Shown in pieces: positions 1 to 11,931 of a stretch of 64,000 bases of DNA. The stretch lies in NCBI GenBank assembly GCA_965112155.1, contig OZ218098.1; one strand, 5' to 3'. The position numbers and the translations under genes are program-made. The stretch's first letter is position 1; every line of letters starts with the position of its first letter. The notes under the pieces were generated by a model. That model was given only the letters and a program-made list of their open reading frames with translations, ran no database searches and was not told where the DNA came from. The DNA comes from Podarcis liolepis. Its lineage: Eukaryota.

Positions 1-840
1 ACCAAAACTAACTAAAAGAACTGCAAGGTCTTCACCTCTAAAAGCCCAATCATAATCACCATCAAGTGGATCAAAAGCAGAAGAGCGGAATTAGTTGGCA
101 ACCAATGTTAACAATTCCTAGAACAGTCATTCCATCCAGTAGCCCAACATATTATAATATTTCGTGTGTTTTTTTAAAAAGTGTGCAAGGAAGTCAAGGA
201 GGAGACAAAAACATTAACAAAGTGGGTTCCTCCACTGTTCAAGGCAATATGCCTCTGAGAATATGAATTGCTGGGAATTGCATAAGGTGGGAGTGCTGTT
301 TGTGCTTCAGGGCTTCTTCTATGTATCTGGTTAGTCACTCTGGGAGTAGGATGCTAGACTGGATGGGCCATTGTCCTGGTCCAGCAGTCCTCTTCTTATA
401 CTCTTGTATTCTAATAGGGGATTTGTGTTTGTGTGTGCCATTGTGTAATATCTGACCCAAATCTCTTTTCAGAGCAGACAACCACTAGCTTACTACACTC
501 CGGTGCGGTGGAAGATATTGTCCTGTCACCCATCACGCAATGGGATTCACTCTTATTCACTTAAAAGGAATAAGGAAAAAGGGAAATCAGTACAATATTT
601 TTTTGGATATGAGAACCATCTGATTCATTTTATTTTATTTTCTGAAAGGCAATCACTCTACAGTGTAGGTTTAGCCCAGGAACCTGAACTACGCATAGCT
701 ATCAACCCACATTTATATCTGACTAAGTTATACTCAGAGTAGATCCATTAAAATCATTGGATTTAAGCACTCCCTTCATCTTACTAAACTTAAACAATGT
801 AAAAATCCTAACAAAGAACCAGTGCAAAAGATTAGTTGAT

Positions 841-1018
841 GCTGGATAGCTCAATCGCTGGATAGCATTGATAGTTGATGCTGGATAGCATGAGACTCTT
901 AATCTCAGGGTTTTGGGTTCGAGCCCCACAATGGGTGAAAAATTCCTGCATAGCATTGCAGGGGGTTGGACTAGATCGGCCTTGAGGTCCCTTCCAACCA
1001 TACATTTCTATGATTCTA
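841..1018 (+). mobile_element. tRNA-Lys(CTT)-derived SINE with CR1-type 3' tail
   Basis: Head matches tRNA-Lys (AGCATGAGACTCTTAATCTCAGGG..GGTTCGAGCCCCAC). Tail GCAGGGGGTTGGACTAGAT...TTCCAAC...TTCTATGATTCTA matches the CR1 3' end at 36172-36234. Confidence 0.8.
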
Positions 1019-3737
1019 AATGGATGTATGAAATGGATCCCCAGTTAAATGCAGTCAATGAACATATGCCAATTTACACCAGCAAACACATTGTGAGACA
1101 ACTGTAGGATCTTAAAAAAAAAGTTTAAATGTTGAATACAAGTAAAAATTGTTTGGTTGAAATAATTAATTTCCCTGAGATCACTTCAGCTATTGAAGGA
1201 ATAGTAGCAGGAGAAATGTCATGCAACAACATCATGTCAACACAACTCATTAAAGCTCTGGACTGCATTGCCAACATGCTTTGTTCAGAGTAATTGGAAG
1301 CCAGGTCAATGCCCAGGCAGCACAGTTTCTGCAAGAGTGGTATGCACTAGAGAACTTTAAATGAGCACCAGGTGGCATTAATGTGAAAGCACAAATACTG
1401 TCTGCATATGGAAAAATATACATGTGTAACTCCTACACTCCTTTGGGAGGAAGGGCAGAATCTAAATTGAATAAATAAATAAATAATAAGAAATATAAAT
1501 TCATAAAAATATACTGATATTTTAAAAAGTGCTTCCCATAATCAGGCTCTGCTTATATTTATTTACAGTTTTCACTAACATGCATTTCAGTTGTGGACTT
1601 TGAGGGGACTTATTCAACCAAATAGTATTGTGAGGTTTTTTTTTATCATTATTATTTCACAGAAATCCATAATGACCATGAAAAACAGCACATTGTGAAG
1701 TACAAAAGCCCAACACAGAAGAAACCATTAGTAAACCAACAACCACCCAGAGCTTGGTAACAAATATACGGTATGCAAAGAATATATTTAATAGCCTAAG
1801 AAAGTACCTGAGAACACCGTGCCTCTGAACAAGACCTTTCAAAGGATGTCGTGCCCCAAGAGAACCAGGACATCTTCTCAGTCTCTCGCCTACATGTGGT
1901 TTATCAGCCTCTCTTTTGGTGATTCTCCATTGAACAGGAGCAAAAGAGACACACATTCTTATTCCAGTCATGGAGTCTGCTTGGCATTGTTCCAATGCTA
2001 GGGATTCCTCAAGGATATGAGTAATAGTATGATTGCAGAGCAGGCTTGGCAACTAACAGAGCAAAATAATTCTAACCAGGCCCCTTTGCATGCTGGGACG
2101 CAATAGGACTTGCCATGTTTACAAAGAGAAATTTAAGCTGAACACGTACAGATTGCTTTAGCAAGCAGGCACCTTTAAAGTGCCACACGTCACCAGTGAG
2201 TTTAAAATAACTGCCTGCCTTCGTCATTTTATTAAAAGTGGTACCCTTGCCTTTTGCTCTGCACAAAGCTTTCCACAGCAGCCTAGAACAGACTCGGGCT
2301 ATGTTCATTGGATGGCATACTAGTGCAATCCTAAGAATGAGTTATCAGAAGTAAGCCGTCTAAAGTTCTATGGGACTTACTCACAGGTAAGTGTGCAGCC
2401 TTAAAGTCCCAAAAATCATTTAAAGCAAATGCTCTACAATTTATTTATTTTTTAAGTTTGGGGGGCCTTGTAGGAGATTTTAGCCTCAGAAAAAGTAGTA
2501 ATCACCAAATGGGTGATTTCAATAGATTTCAATAGATTTTAATGCTTTTTGAATTGTCTTTTGGTCATGTAAAAACCAAACAGATAACAGAACGGAGCAT
2601 TTTAAGCCACAGGGGCTGAAATCCATAAGCATGGTAGTGCAGTAAAATAAAACAACAGGTTCTATATTAGGAAATCAGAATCACGTGGCACTAAATCATA
2701 AAAGGAAAGTAGGCATGTAGAAATATGGTAAGGAAAGTTGGCTTAAAAAGAACATGGCTCGTCCTTTCAAAGGATTCCATGGAACAGGAAGCAGATTCCA
2801 TGGAATAGGAAGCAGCCATTTGGATACAGTTACCTAGATTTTCAGGACAGATGAGCAGGAACAAACACATTTACTGGGTACCCCATAAGGGAAAAGGAAC
2901 AGTTTTTTCTTATAACAATATCAATACTGATCTGCACCTGCAAATCTGAACATCCCGGGAACTAGAGCTGTGACCTTTTATCAGGTGAAACCTCAATGAT
3001 TGGCAAAATTGGCAAAATCCCTGTAAGGATCTCAATGCTTTAGAAGCAGGGCTTATTAAAAAACCAATCATAGAATCTTATGTTAATAAGAGGTCTCTAT
3101 TTCCTATGCAAATAAGGGTAATTTGAACAGAGCACTCTTAAAATGTTTAACTACTAGGCAGAACTAAGGGGGGGGGGGAGAGACACACACATAATGGCTA
3201 CTTGAAAGCCCATGAGTTAATCTGACAGAAATTAGGGCATTATTCCAGATCATTGATGTGTTGATGGGCAACAACCAACTTGGCAGAAAGAAGTGGGAGG
3301 GAAGTTAGGTTCTTGTTGCTATGGCAACAGACTAGAAATGCATGTGAGACATGCTATAGGCTGGCAGAGTTGGCTGCAGTAAAAAAAGGGGGGGAGGGGT
3401 TGGATCTTTTTACCAATGGAAGCCAGAATGTCAGTCTAAGGGATTATGTGCATTATAGTTTTGCTCATTACAGGCCTAAACTTCAAGTTATACACACAAA
3501 CTTGTGTTATAAAAGTCCAATAGCTGCTTTGGATTCATCTGCAGGAGGGGGATTTGCTTCAGAAATAATAGCAAAGGAAGAGGAGTTGCCTGTTGCTTCT
3601 CTACTCTAAATGCCCCCAAACAACATCTTCCTTCATTATAATATTAATGACTGTGTCAGTATCTATGTTCCCTGTGCTATGAAGAAACTCTTGCAACATC
3701 AGTCTCTGTGAGAGGTAAGCAAAGGTGACTATATCCA

Positions 3738-3979
3738 CAGTGGTACCTCGGGTTACAGACACTTCAGGTTACATACACTTCAGGTTACAGACTCCGCTAA
3801 CGCAGAAATAGTGCTTCAGGTTAAGAACTTTGCTTCAGGATGAGAACAGAAATCGTGCTCTGGCAGCGCGGCGGCAGCAGGAGGCCCCATTAGCTAAAGT
3901 GGTGCTTCAGGTTAAGAACAGTTTCAGGTTAAGAACGGATCTCCGGAACAAATGAAGTACTTAACCCGAGGTACCACTG
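3738..3979 (+). mobile_element. TcMar/Tigger-like MITE, family A copy 1
   Basis: TIR CAGTGGTACCTCGGGTT / AACCCGAGGTACCACTG, internal TTCAGGTTA repeats; flanks read CA/TG rather than TA. Confidence 0.88.
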
Positions 3980-4398
3980 TGTATGAATTTTGGACATTGT
4001 TTCATTTAATTTTTACGAGTCAGAATGTTTACTCTGTTCCCATTTATTTTGACAATATTTGGGCAAATCCCAAATTCATGAGAAACAAAGAAATCAATTA
4101 CTAACATATTGGAGCTAAAAAAGTGGGGTCAGAAGTTGAGGGCCCACGCGTGGGGGGATGTCATTGGGGCTCCGTGGGCCAGTTCTACCCTCTCCTGCTG
4201 ATGTGTGCTGTAGCCCCCAACAACATCATGTGTACATTCATTTGAAGGGGCTACAAATGAATACAAAACTAATCAGAAAAGAGCACCCCAAATGATCAAA
4301 GGGATGGAGCAACTCACCTATGAAGAAATTTTAGTTCAGAGAAAATGTGAGTAAGAGTTGCTATATGATACAAGTGTAGAAAAGAACCCTGGAAACTC

Positions 4399-4441
<43 letters not shown>

Positions 4442-4927
4442 TTATTATTTGTACCCCGCCCATCTGGCTGGGTTTCCCCAGCCACTCTGGGCGGCTTCCA
4501 ACAAAGATGAAAAATACACTAAAATGTCACATATTAAAAACTTCCCTGAACAGGGCTGCCTTCAGATGTCTTCTGAATGTCAGGTAGTTGTTTATCGCTT
4601 TGACATCTGATGGGAGGGCGTTCCACAGGGTGGGCGCCACTACCGAGAAGGCCCTCTGCCTGGTTCCCTGTGACTTGGCCTCTCGCAGTGAGGGAACCGC
4701 CAGAAGGCCCTCGGAGCTGGACCTCAGTGTCCGAGCAGAACGATGGGGGAGGAGACGCTCCTTCAGATATACTGGACCGAGGCCGTTTAGGGCTTTAAAG
4801 GTCAGCACCAACACTTTGAATTGTGCTCGGAAACGTACTGGGAGCCAATGTAGGTCTTTCAAGACCGGTGTTATATGATCTCGGCGGCTGCCCCCAGTCA
4901 CCAGTCTAGCTGCCGCGTTCTGGATTA
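4399..4927 (-). mobile_element. L2-clade LINE 3' fragment with (TTA)14 tail
   Basis: Minus-strand ORF QNAAARLVTG..DHITPVL..LHWLPV..R..FK..L..FKAL..RAFSVVAP.LWN.LP is the typical L2 ORF2 C-terminus; followed by a 3' UTR and microsatellite tail. Confidence 0.9.
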
Positions 4928-5709
4928 CCCCATGGGATTTCACTTCCCGAGAGCCCAGGTTCACAGCTGTGGGGGCCCCTCCTAGACTACGCAGTAGCGA
5001 GAAGTGACTTTTGCCAACTTAACCAGCTGATATGCCATCTCAACCCTATCAAGAGAAAGGACCTCACTTAGAATGTGGGTTGTGAAACCCTTGCAGCTCC
5101 TTTAATTCCTACATACCCATTTCCTATGCTTTGAAAATCCAAATAGGAGAACTACACTGATTGCATGGCGAATCATCGGAACTGTGGGAGAGCAGCTGAA
5201 CCATAGGTCATCTAGTGGGGCATCTGTGGGTCATCTAGTCCAGCCCCGTGTAATGCAGGAATCTTTTGCCCCATGGGTAGTTGGAAGAGAGCACCACATG
5301 CGAGATGGGGTGTTAATTAAGAGAGACACAAGGGGTTCACAGTCCTCATTAGTCCTTCCTTAGTTGCTCTGGTTCCATCAAGACTCAACTATTGTAATGT
5401 GCTCTTTGTGGGGCTGCCTTTAAACATGGTCCAGAAACTTAAAATGCAGAAGGTAAAATCCATGCAGGTTTTGAAAGAAATAACTAAGGACGACAGAATT
5501 TAGATCTGTGATTTCTCGCCCAAAGCCACACGGGTGCTTCATGCTTTCAAACTGCCACGTGTGTATACTCAGTATACATTCCTCCCCGGCTGTTGCTGCA
5601 TGGAGGAAACGTATTACTTTATTTCAGAACTGGGCTTGGTGTCTGATACTGGCTTTTCCTTTCCCGTTGTTAGAAACCACCAATGTGTGTATTCATCTGA
5701 ATGTTGGGT

Positions 5710-7030
5710 GAGGCCGACTTGGCCAGCGCGACGAAACTGCGTCTCTTTCCCCGGATTGCTGGCGCAACAGGGGGTTGTTGGCGCGCGCGCTTCCAGCGCC
5801 CCTCTCGCGCCTCCCTCCAAAGGCGTAGAGAGGCCGCGACCACCCCCGAGAAGAAGCCCGCCATTTCCCACTCGGCGAGGCGGGTGGGAGCAGAGAGGGA
5901 GAAGGGCAATAAATAGACGGGCTGGATAAATATTCATGATGAGGCCGGTGATGTCACGATGAGAAGCCGGGCTCTGCCGTGTGGCCTCGCGAAAGCGCCA
6001 TTTCCTGGAGGAGAAGAGGCGGAGAAGGAGCAGGAGGAAGGCGAGGAGGAGAAGGCGACTTGTTGAAGGAAGTCGCGGCGGCGGCGGCGGCGGCAGAGCA
6101 GAAGCGGCGAGAGGGGGAGCTCCGAGCCCGGCCGAGGCGAGCGGCGCTTGCTCGCCGACTGAACTCCGCGTACCGCGCGAGGCCGGCAGGGGGGGAACTC
6201 CTCGGCTCGCGGATCTTGGATTACAAGCGCAGCGAGCGGAGGAGGAGGCGGGTCAGCCAGCCGGGAGCGAGCGCTGGTGCGGCTCCCCAATCTGCCGCCA
6301 CCTCAGGCTCCCCTGCCTCGCTTGCCCTGCCAGGTCCCTTTCTCACGAGCGCGCGCGTGGGAAGGAGAGACCCTCGACGCGGCGGGACCCCCAGCCCTGC
6401 TGCTGCTGGAGGCGCCCAGCGCATTCCCGAATTTGAGGGCATCGCTTTGGCTCTCCTCGCGGCTTCCCCTCCCTCCCGATCCCGCTCTCCCCACAACATC
6501 CCCAAACCGCCTCTCCTTCTCGTTCGCCTCCTCTCCCCCCGCCCCCCACCCCCGTTTCATTTCTTCCTTGGAAGCGAGCGGAGGCAACCCGGCGTGGAGG
6601 AGGATGACAAAGATGATGATGTGGAAGAGATGGAGATGAAGCAGACTATGCAGATCCGGGGACTCCTGTTGCTGCTGCCGGCACTATGGGCTCTCCTTCT
6701 GCGGGACGTCGCGGCTGTCACAGGTAAGGCGGAGAAGGCATGGCTGACCCCATGGACTTACTTGGCTGGTTGCTACTCTCCTCCCCGCGCTCCCTCTCCG
6801 GACTCGTTGGGGATGCCTCTCCTCACCTCCCACCCCAACTTTGTCCCTGTGGGAGCCCTTGCTCAGGTCTGACCTCTTGCGCGGATCTGGTCTAAAAATG
6901 CCCTCTTGATTTGATCCAGAAATGGGAATCCCTCCGCCTCGCGCGCGCCCAGCCCCGTGCTTTGCTGGCTTGTTCGGGCGGTTCAGCAGACAAACAAACA
7001 AAACCCCTCGCGTTGACAGTTCACTTTTTC
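5710..7030 (+). promoter_or_regulatory. TYRO3: CpG island: TYRO3 promoter, 5' UTR and exon 1
   Basis: Abrupt GC- and CpG-rich stretch (gcgcgcgc, a (GCG)6 run near 6075-6094) in otherwise CpG-poor DNA, spanning the start codon. CRE-like TGATGTCA near 5949. The TSS cannot be determined from sequence. Confidence 0.9.
6630..6723 (+). CDS. TYRO3: TYRO3 exon 1 coding part: signal peptide MEMKQTMQIRGLLLLLPALWALLLRDVAAVT-G
   Basis: Strong Kozak GAGATGG, hydrophobic leader, donor CAG|GTAAGG (phase 1). Alternative in-frame ATGs at 6636 and 6648. Confidence 0.9.
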
Positions 7031-8993
7031 TCCCGGAAGGGACTCCCGGGAAGAGTTAGGAACAAGAGCTGGCTGCCACTCTTGAGTACAGCGGCCATAC
7101 ATCCCAGTGTGTTGTGGAGCTGGTCTAAATCAGAGTTGCTGGTCTGAGCTGAAACAAATTACAGAACTTAATTGGGGGAATGTGTCTCTTCCCCACCCCT
7201 TACTTTCTTTGTCGAGTATCCTTTATTTGGATTGTGTATTGTTATTATTTCATTTTCCACCTTGTTGCTGTGCACATCAATAGTATCTGCAGCAGAGTCA
7301 AGCTTGTAGTTCTTCTATTTTCTGAATTTGACCCGCTTCCCCACGGCCCCTTGCTATCTGCAGAAAGCCAGCTCTTCCAAAGAGAATGAATGCAGTCTTG
7401 GAGCTGTCACGATTTCAGATCTCACACCCCTGTTGTGAAATATGATCTCTTCACCTAAGTGCCTTAAGCGCCTCATTACTTTTCCAGAGGTCCTGAGTGA
7501 GGGCACAGCAACACTTACTGGCCCCAAGGGGACTGCTCTGAGGCTGGCATATTTGGAGGTGGAGGGGAAAGTCAGAAAATCTCAGATTGGATTGACATTC
7601 CTTGAAGCCATATTTTGGCAGCTAATCTATGGAGTACATCTGTTTTGAAATATTCATGTCTTTAAAAGACCACTTGCTTTGACTGGCGTAATAATCACTG
7701 GAAATTTTGATCTTAGGGTTTGCTTATTGAGCAGGCACTTTAAATGTGTGTAAGGCTTTTGCCACCTAATTAATAAAAATAACTTATATTTTTGTGTTTC
7801 AATATTGACCTCCTTGTTCTGTGTAACTTCTCCTTTTTCTGTGTAACCATGCGTTCATCATTATAGCAAGATATCTGTGAAATACACACACACACACACA
7901 CCAGTGATAAAAAAACTTTGGGAAACTTAAAATCCCCATGTGTGCTCATTGAGTATTCATTGTATTCATAGGGTATTTTGGGAATGCACAGTGTTCTGTC
8001 TATTGTGACCCATTTGGTGATGGCATAAAAAGAGACATTCCTGTGAATGCTGCAATTGCAGAATATTTCCATTGCAGCAATATTTCCTCCTTTATTTAAC
8101 ATAACATAATCCTAAATACTCTTACTAGGGAATAAGTCCTAGTGAGCCCAGTCAGAACTCACCGGTACTTCTGAGAAAACATACATAGAGTTACATGGTT
8201 AGTATACATCATGAAGGTAAAGTGGTTATTCATTTATACAGGTATCTCATGATTTCACCTCCAATAGACATAGTCGGTTGGGGAGACAACTGAAAGGATT
8301 CCAAACATTTATATTGAGAATTCATCTTCCTGTGGAATTGAACTAGCCTAAATAAAGCACTAATGAGTGAAACTGAATATGTGGCATGCTGTCACAAGGT
8401 GCAGTTTCTCAGTGTTGCTTGATAGGACGGGAGCCCACCTGTAGGTGAATCTGATGCTCTTGGCTGGGCTAGTTATTTGACTTCAGGTTTCTAGCTCCTG
8501 ATCTGAAGACACAGCAAGGTACATTAACAGATCCAGGACACCTGCTGACTCCAGCCTTGATAACTGTGTTGATCCATTTTCCCACTATTGTACTGGAATA
8601 GGAGTTACTCTCCCTGAATGATGTCTAGTGTCGTCGTGTTCTGTCTGGGCCATGAGCTGACAGTTTTAGGTGGGAGCTGTCAGGCATCAGTTTCCAGGCT
8701 TAGGTGCTTTGTGTGCTTGAAGGCTGGAGTCAATATAAATCAAAGTTGTCCATTGGCTGAGCAAGCATAAGTAGATGAGAGTAAAAAGACAACAGAGGCT
8801 AGGCTGGAAGACAAACCTAATACACTGGCACCACATTGACAGTACCCTATGGTGCCATGTTTTCAGTTCCCTATGATATAAAGTTGACAGCATCATAACC
8901 AGGAACAAAACTGACCAGCATTATATACAATTCCCAGCCAATCAGAGTCTGCAAATGTTCTTTAAAATATGGAAAGGTGAGAAAAGTCTGTGG

Positions 8994-9131
8994 CAGGAGT
9001 GAATGGCCTGTGGCCCTCCATATGTTGTTGAACTACAACTCCCATCATCTTTAACTATTGTCCATGCTGACTAGGGCTGGTGGGAGTTAGAGTTTTATGA
9101 CATCCAGAGAGCCACAGGTTAAGCACCCCTG
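8994..9131. mobile_element. Palindromic hAT-like MITE (about 140 bp); further copies near 17027-17172, 24316-24452, 33300-33405, 36690-36790, 43010-43110, 52640-52775, 54960-55040, 55338-55475, 58345-58490
   Basis: Shared core GGCCCTCCAGATGTTGTTGGACTACAACTCCCATC...GATGGGAGTTGTAGTCCAACAACATCTGGAGGGCC with CAGG...CCTG ends; copies are diverged. Confidence 0.75.
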
Positions 9132-11491
9132 GCTATGGTCCATTCCAAGTTCCAGGTTTGTTGTGGACCAGTTCAGTCATTACAGCAGTTATCCAGAACC
9201 TGTAGGAAATGCTGCTGCTGCTGCTGACTATGCATGGTGGCTATCATTCTGTACAATGTGCCCCTTTGCATGAAGAGCCTCCATGTCAGGAGCAAGATAG
9301 TCCAAAGGTTCTAGCATGGAGCCCATATTCATTGACATAATAAACAGCTCCCATATGTTATGGTCATGATGTGGAGCCCCCAACTCTGAGGTCCCCTCTA
9401 CAGTATACACAAAGGATCTGGGGCTCTGGTCCTGCACACTTGGCATCTGAGAGAAAAGATTGCTCTCCCATGCAGACATGTTTCTCCAGTTTCCCATTTT
9501 CTTCCCTTAAGAATGCATTTTGGATTCCTTTTCTGGCAGTAATCTGCATTCTCAGAGAATTAAAGTTAACAAGCTGCCGTGCAAAAGAACTTAGCAGCAC
9601 TGGGTTGTTGTCAAGTTTAGATAGCATATCGTTTCTGTAAAGAAATAGATGTCTGTTCCCTAATTGTCTTGGGAACAGTGGATGTTTAAAGGCAGAGACC
9701 CATAGGAACCAGGCCTGGCAAGCAAGTACAACTCACAGGGTGTTCCCAGTGCTGCACTGTTTCCTGCTGAGCGTTTGTCAGGGGTGGTGGTGAAATGTAG
9801 AAGGTCTCTTTCCCAGTCATGCCATTTCCTCCTTTCATGACAAGACACACTTTGCAGTTGGGCAGGATTTTCTGCCCACATTGGACCCAAAAGGTGGAGC
9901 AGCTCAGCTAACTTCCCAGGCTGCCAAGTTGTCAGCTGAACTAACAGAGAAAGCCATCCCGCTTTGCGAGGAATGTTTATTATGTTTCCTACATAATATA
10001 ATTGTATACAGTTACATAATTGTTGTCAATTCTCTAAGCAGCTGCCATCTGGCTAGGAAAGGTAGGTGGCTAAGAGCCACACTGCTTCTTGAGTCCAAAT
10101 CTGTAAGAATTGCGAAGCTGCACCTCCTAATTGAGCAACATCTTTTGATTTCCATAATCATTACATTGTGAAGAGACGTTAATGACTAGGTTTTAATTAT
10201 CTCTGTGCGTAAGAGCTTAATTAGGTAACAATCAGGGTTGGAAATTGGGAATATATATGTATGTGTGTGTGCATGTGTACACACTCAATATATATTAAAA
10301 TTAATCCCTGCTCTTTCCAAACCTTCCTATCGCTTAACCATTCGCCCTTTTCCTTTCATTAAGCGCCAAAAGAAGACTAAAGCCAATTGGTCCCTTAAAA
10401 ATTCCTTCTCTCTGTGCAAAATCCATCCTCCTTGTACTTTGCCCAGTACACTCCTTCAAATGTGACTTGCACTGTGATTTCTTGGAACCACAGCTGAGGG
10501 TGGGAATGTAAATCTTAAGTTGCCTCCCAGATATATCAATGCTTGTGTGTTATTAACCCTGTTAGCCAAGTGCATTACTGAAAGCTGAGCAGTCTTGTTG
10601 CCACAGGGTGCTGCCTACATTTCATAAGATTGCTTGTCATGTCATGCGTGTGTTTTATGTGTATGTGGCGTGGCTATGCAGGGCTTGTTATATTCAGTTA
10701 GAGGGAGAGCTGAGAGGGAGGATGCTTTCTGGTACACACACTCACACACCATTTATGTCATTGTTGAATCAAATAATAAGGGGTTAGATCATGTTTCTTA
10801 GTGGCATGATTAATTCCTTAGCCCAACAACAACAAATGCTGCGTCTGAACATAAAGTATTATTTTGCCAGCTTCATCGCTCTTAGCAATTTCCACTAAGT
10901 TTACAGGAACAACAAAAGGGAGAAAAATTACAAGGAGTGCAGCATGGGAACCAGTGAATTAACAGGCTTTGTAATCCAATAAAAGTCCCAATAAAAGAAC
11001 AACATGCTTTTCCCCTACAGAGGTTCTCTAGTAGGGAATAACATTACTGATTTTTGCAGGTGGGCTGTACTAACCACAGTTGGGTCCCCTGACACTAGCT
11101 TCATGTTCTTACTCTTGCAAAGACAAAAAAATCTCCTAATTGCTTTATCAGTCTTATGTAGCAGTATGAGCAATTGCTAGCATGCCATAGAAATATGAAT
11201 GCAATTAAGTTATGTACGCAGGGGGATCCTATGGTCCTGGCACCCTGGGCACATCCTAGCGGGGCATCTTGGAAAGCCAGTGTCTCGGCAGGCCCTGTAC
11301 TCCCTGAGGTGGTAAACCTGTGTCTGGGCACTTCAGACTGCTGTTGAGAGCTCACATAAATGAATGCGCCTTCATACAAAAATCCCACTTGACATAGGGT
11401 GCTTTCAGATGTGAGGTTGTTCAGGTACCATGAGTGGATTATTAGAAGCGGAATATATTTTTTTAAGCCTGTTGGATTTTCTGCAGAAAAG

Positions 11492-11931
11492 GTTGTTGTT
11501 GTTTAGTCGTTTAGTCGTGTCCGACTCTTCGTGACCCTATGGACCAGAGCATGCCAGGCACTCTTGTCTTCCACTGCCTCCCGCAGTTTGGTCAAACTCA
11601 TGCTGGTAGCTTCGAGAACACTATCCAACCATCTCGTCCTCTGTCGTCCCCTTCTCCTTGTGCCCTCCATCTTTCCCAACATCAGGGTCTTTTCCAGGGA
11701 GCTTTCTCTTCTCATGAGGTGGCCAAAGTATTGGAGCCTCAGCTTCAGGCTCTGTCCTTCCAGTGAGCACTCAGGGCTGATTTCCTTAAGAATGGATAGG
11801 TTTGATCTTCTTGCAGTCCATGGGACTCTCAAGAGTCTCATCCAGCACCATAATTCAAAAGCATCAATTCTTCGGCTATCAGCCTTCTTTATGGTCCAGC
11901 TCTCACTTCCATACATCACTGCTGGGAAAAC
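11492..11931 (-). mobile_element. RTE-BovB-type LINE 3' fragment
   Basis: Minus ORF YGSESWT..RIDAFELWCW.RLLRVPWTARRSN.SILKEI..SLEG..LKL.LQYFGHLMRR..SLEKTLMLGK.EG.RRRGRQR.RWLD, typical of the RTE/BovB C-terminus; (CAA)n tail. Confidence 0.92.

Noticed and set aside
841-940. Functional tRNA-Lys gene
   Set aside because: The D-arm is disrupted by duplications and the sequence continues into a CR1-type tail, so it is a SINE.
3738-3979. CRISPR-like or iteron-like array (repeated TTCAGGTTA)
   Set aside because: These are internal repeats of a TIR-bounded MITE present five times; there are no unique spacers and the context is eukaryotic.
1-5700. Neighbouring gene exons upstream of TYRO3 (RPAP1 is the neighbour in human)
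   Set aside because: No recognisable coding exon on either strand; the ORFs here are short, unrecognisable or LINE-derived.
5534-7147. Multiple overlapping ORFs on both strands in the CpG island
   Set aside because: Expected from stop-codon scarcity in GC-rich DNA; the translations are low-complexity Arg/Gly/Pro/Ala.
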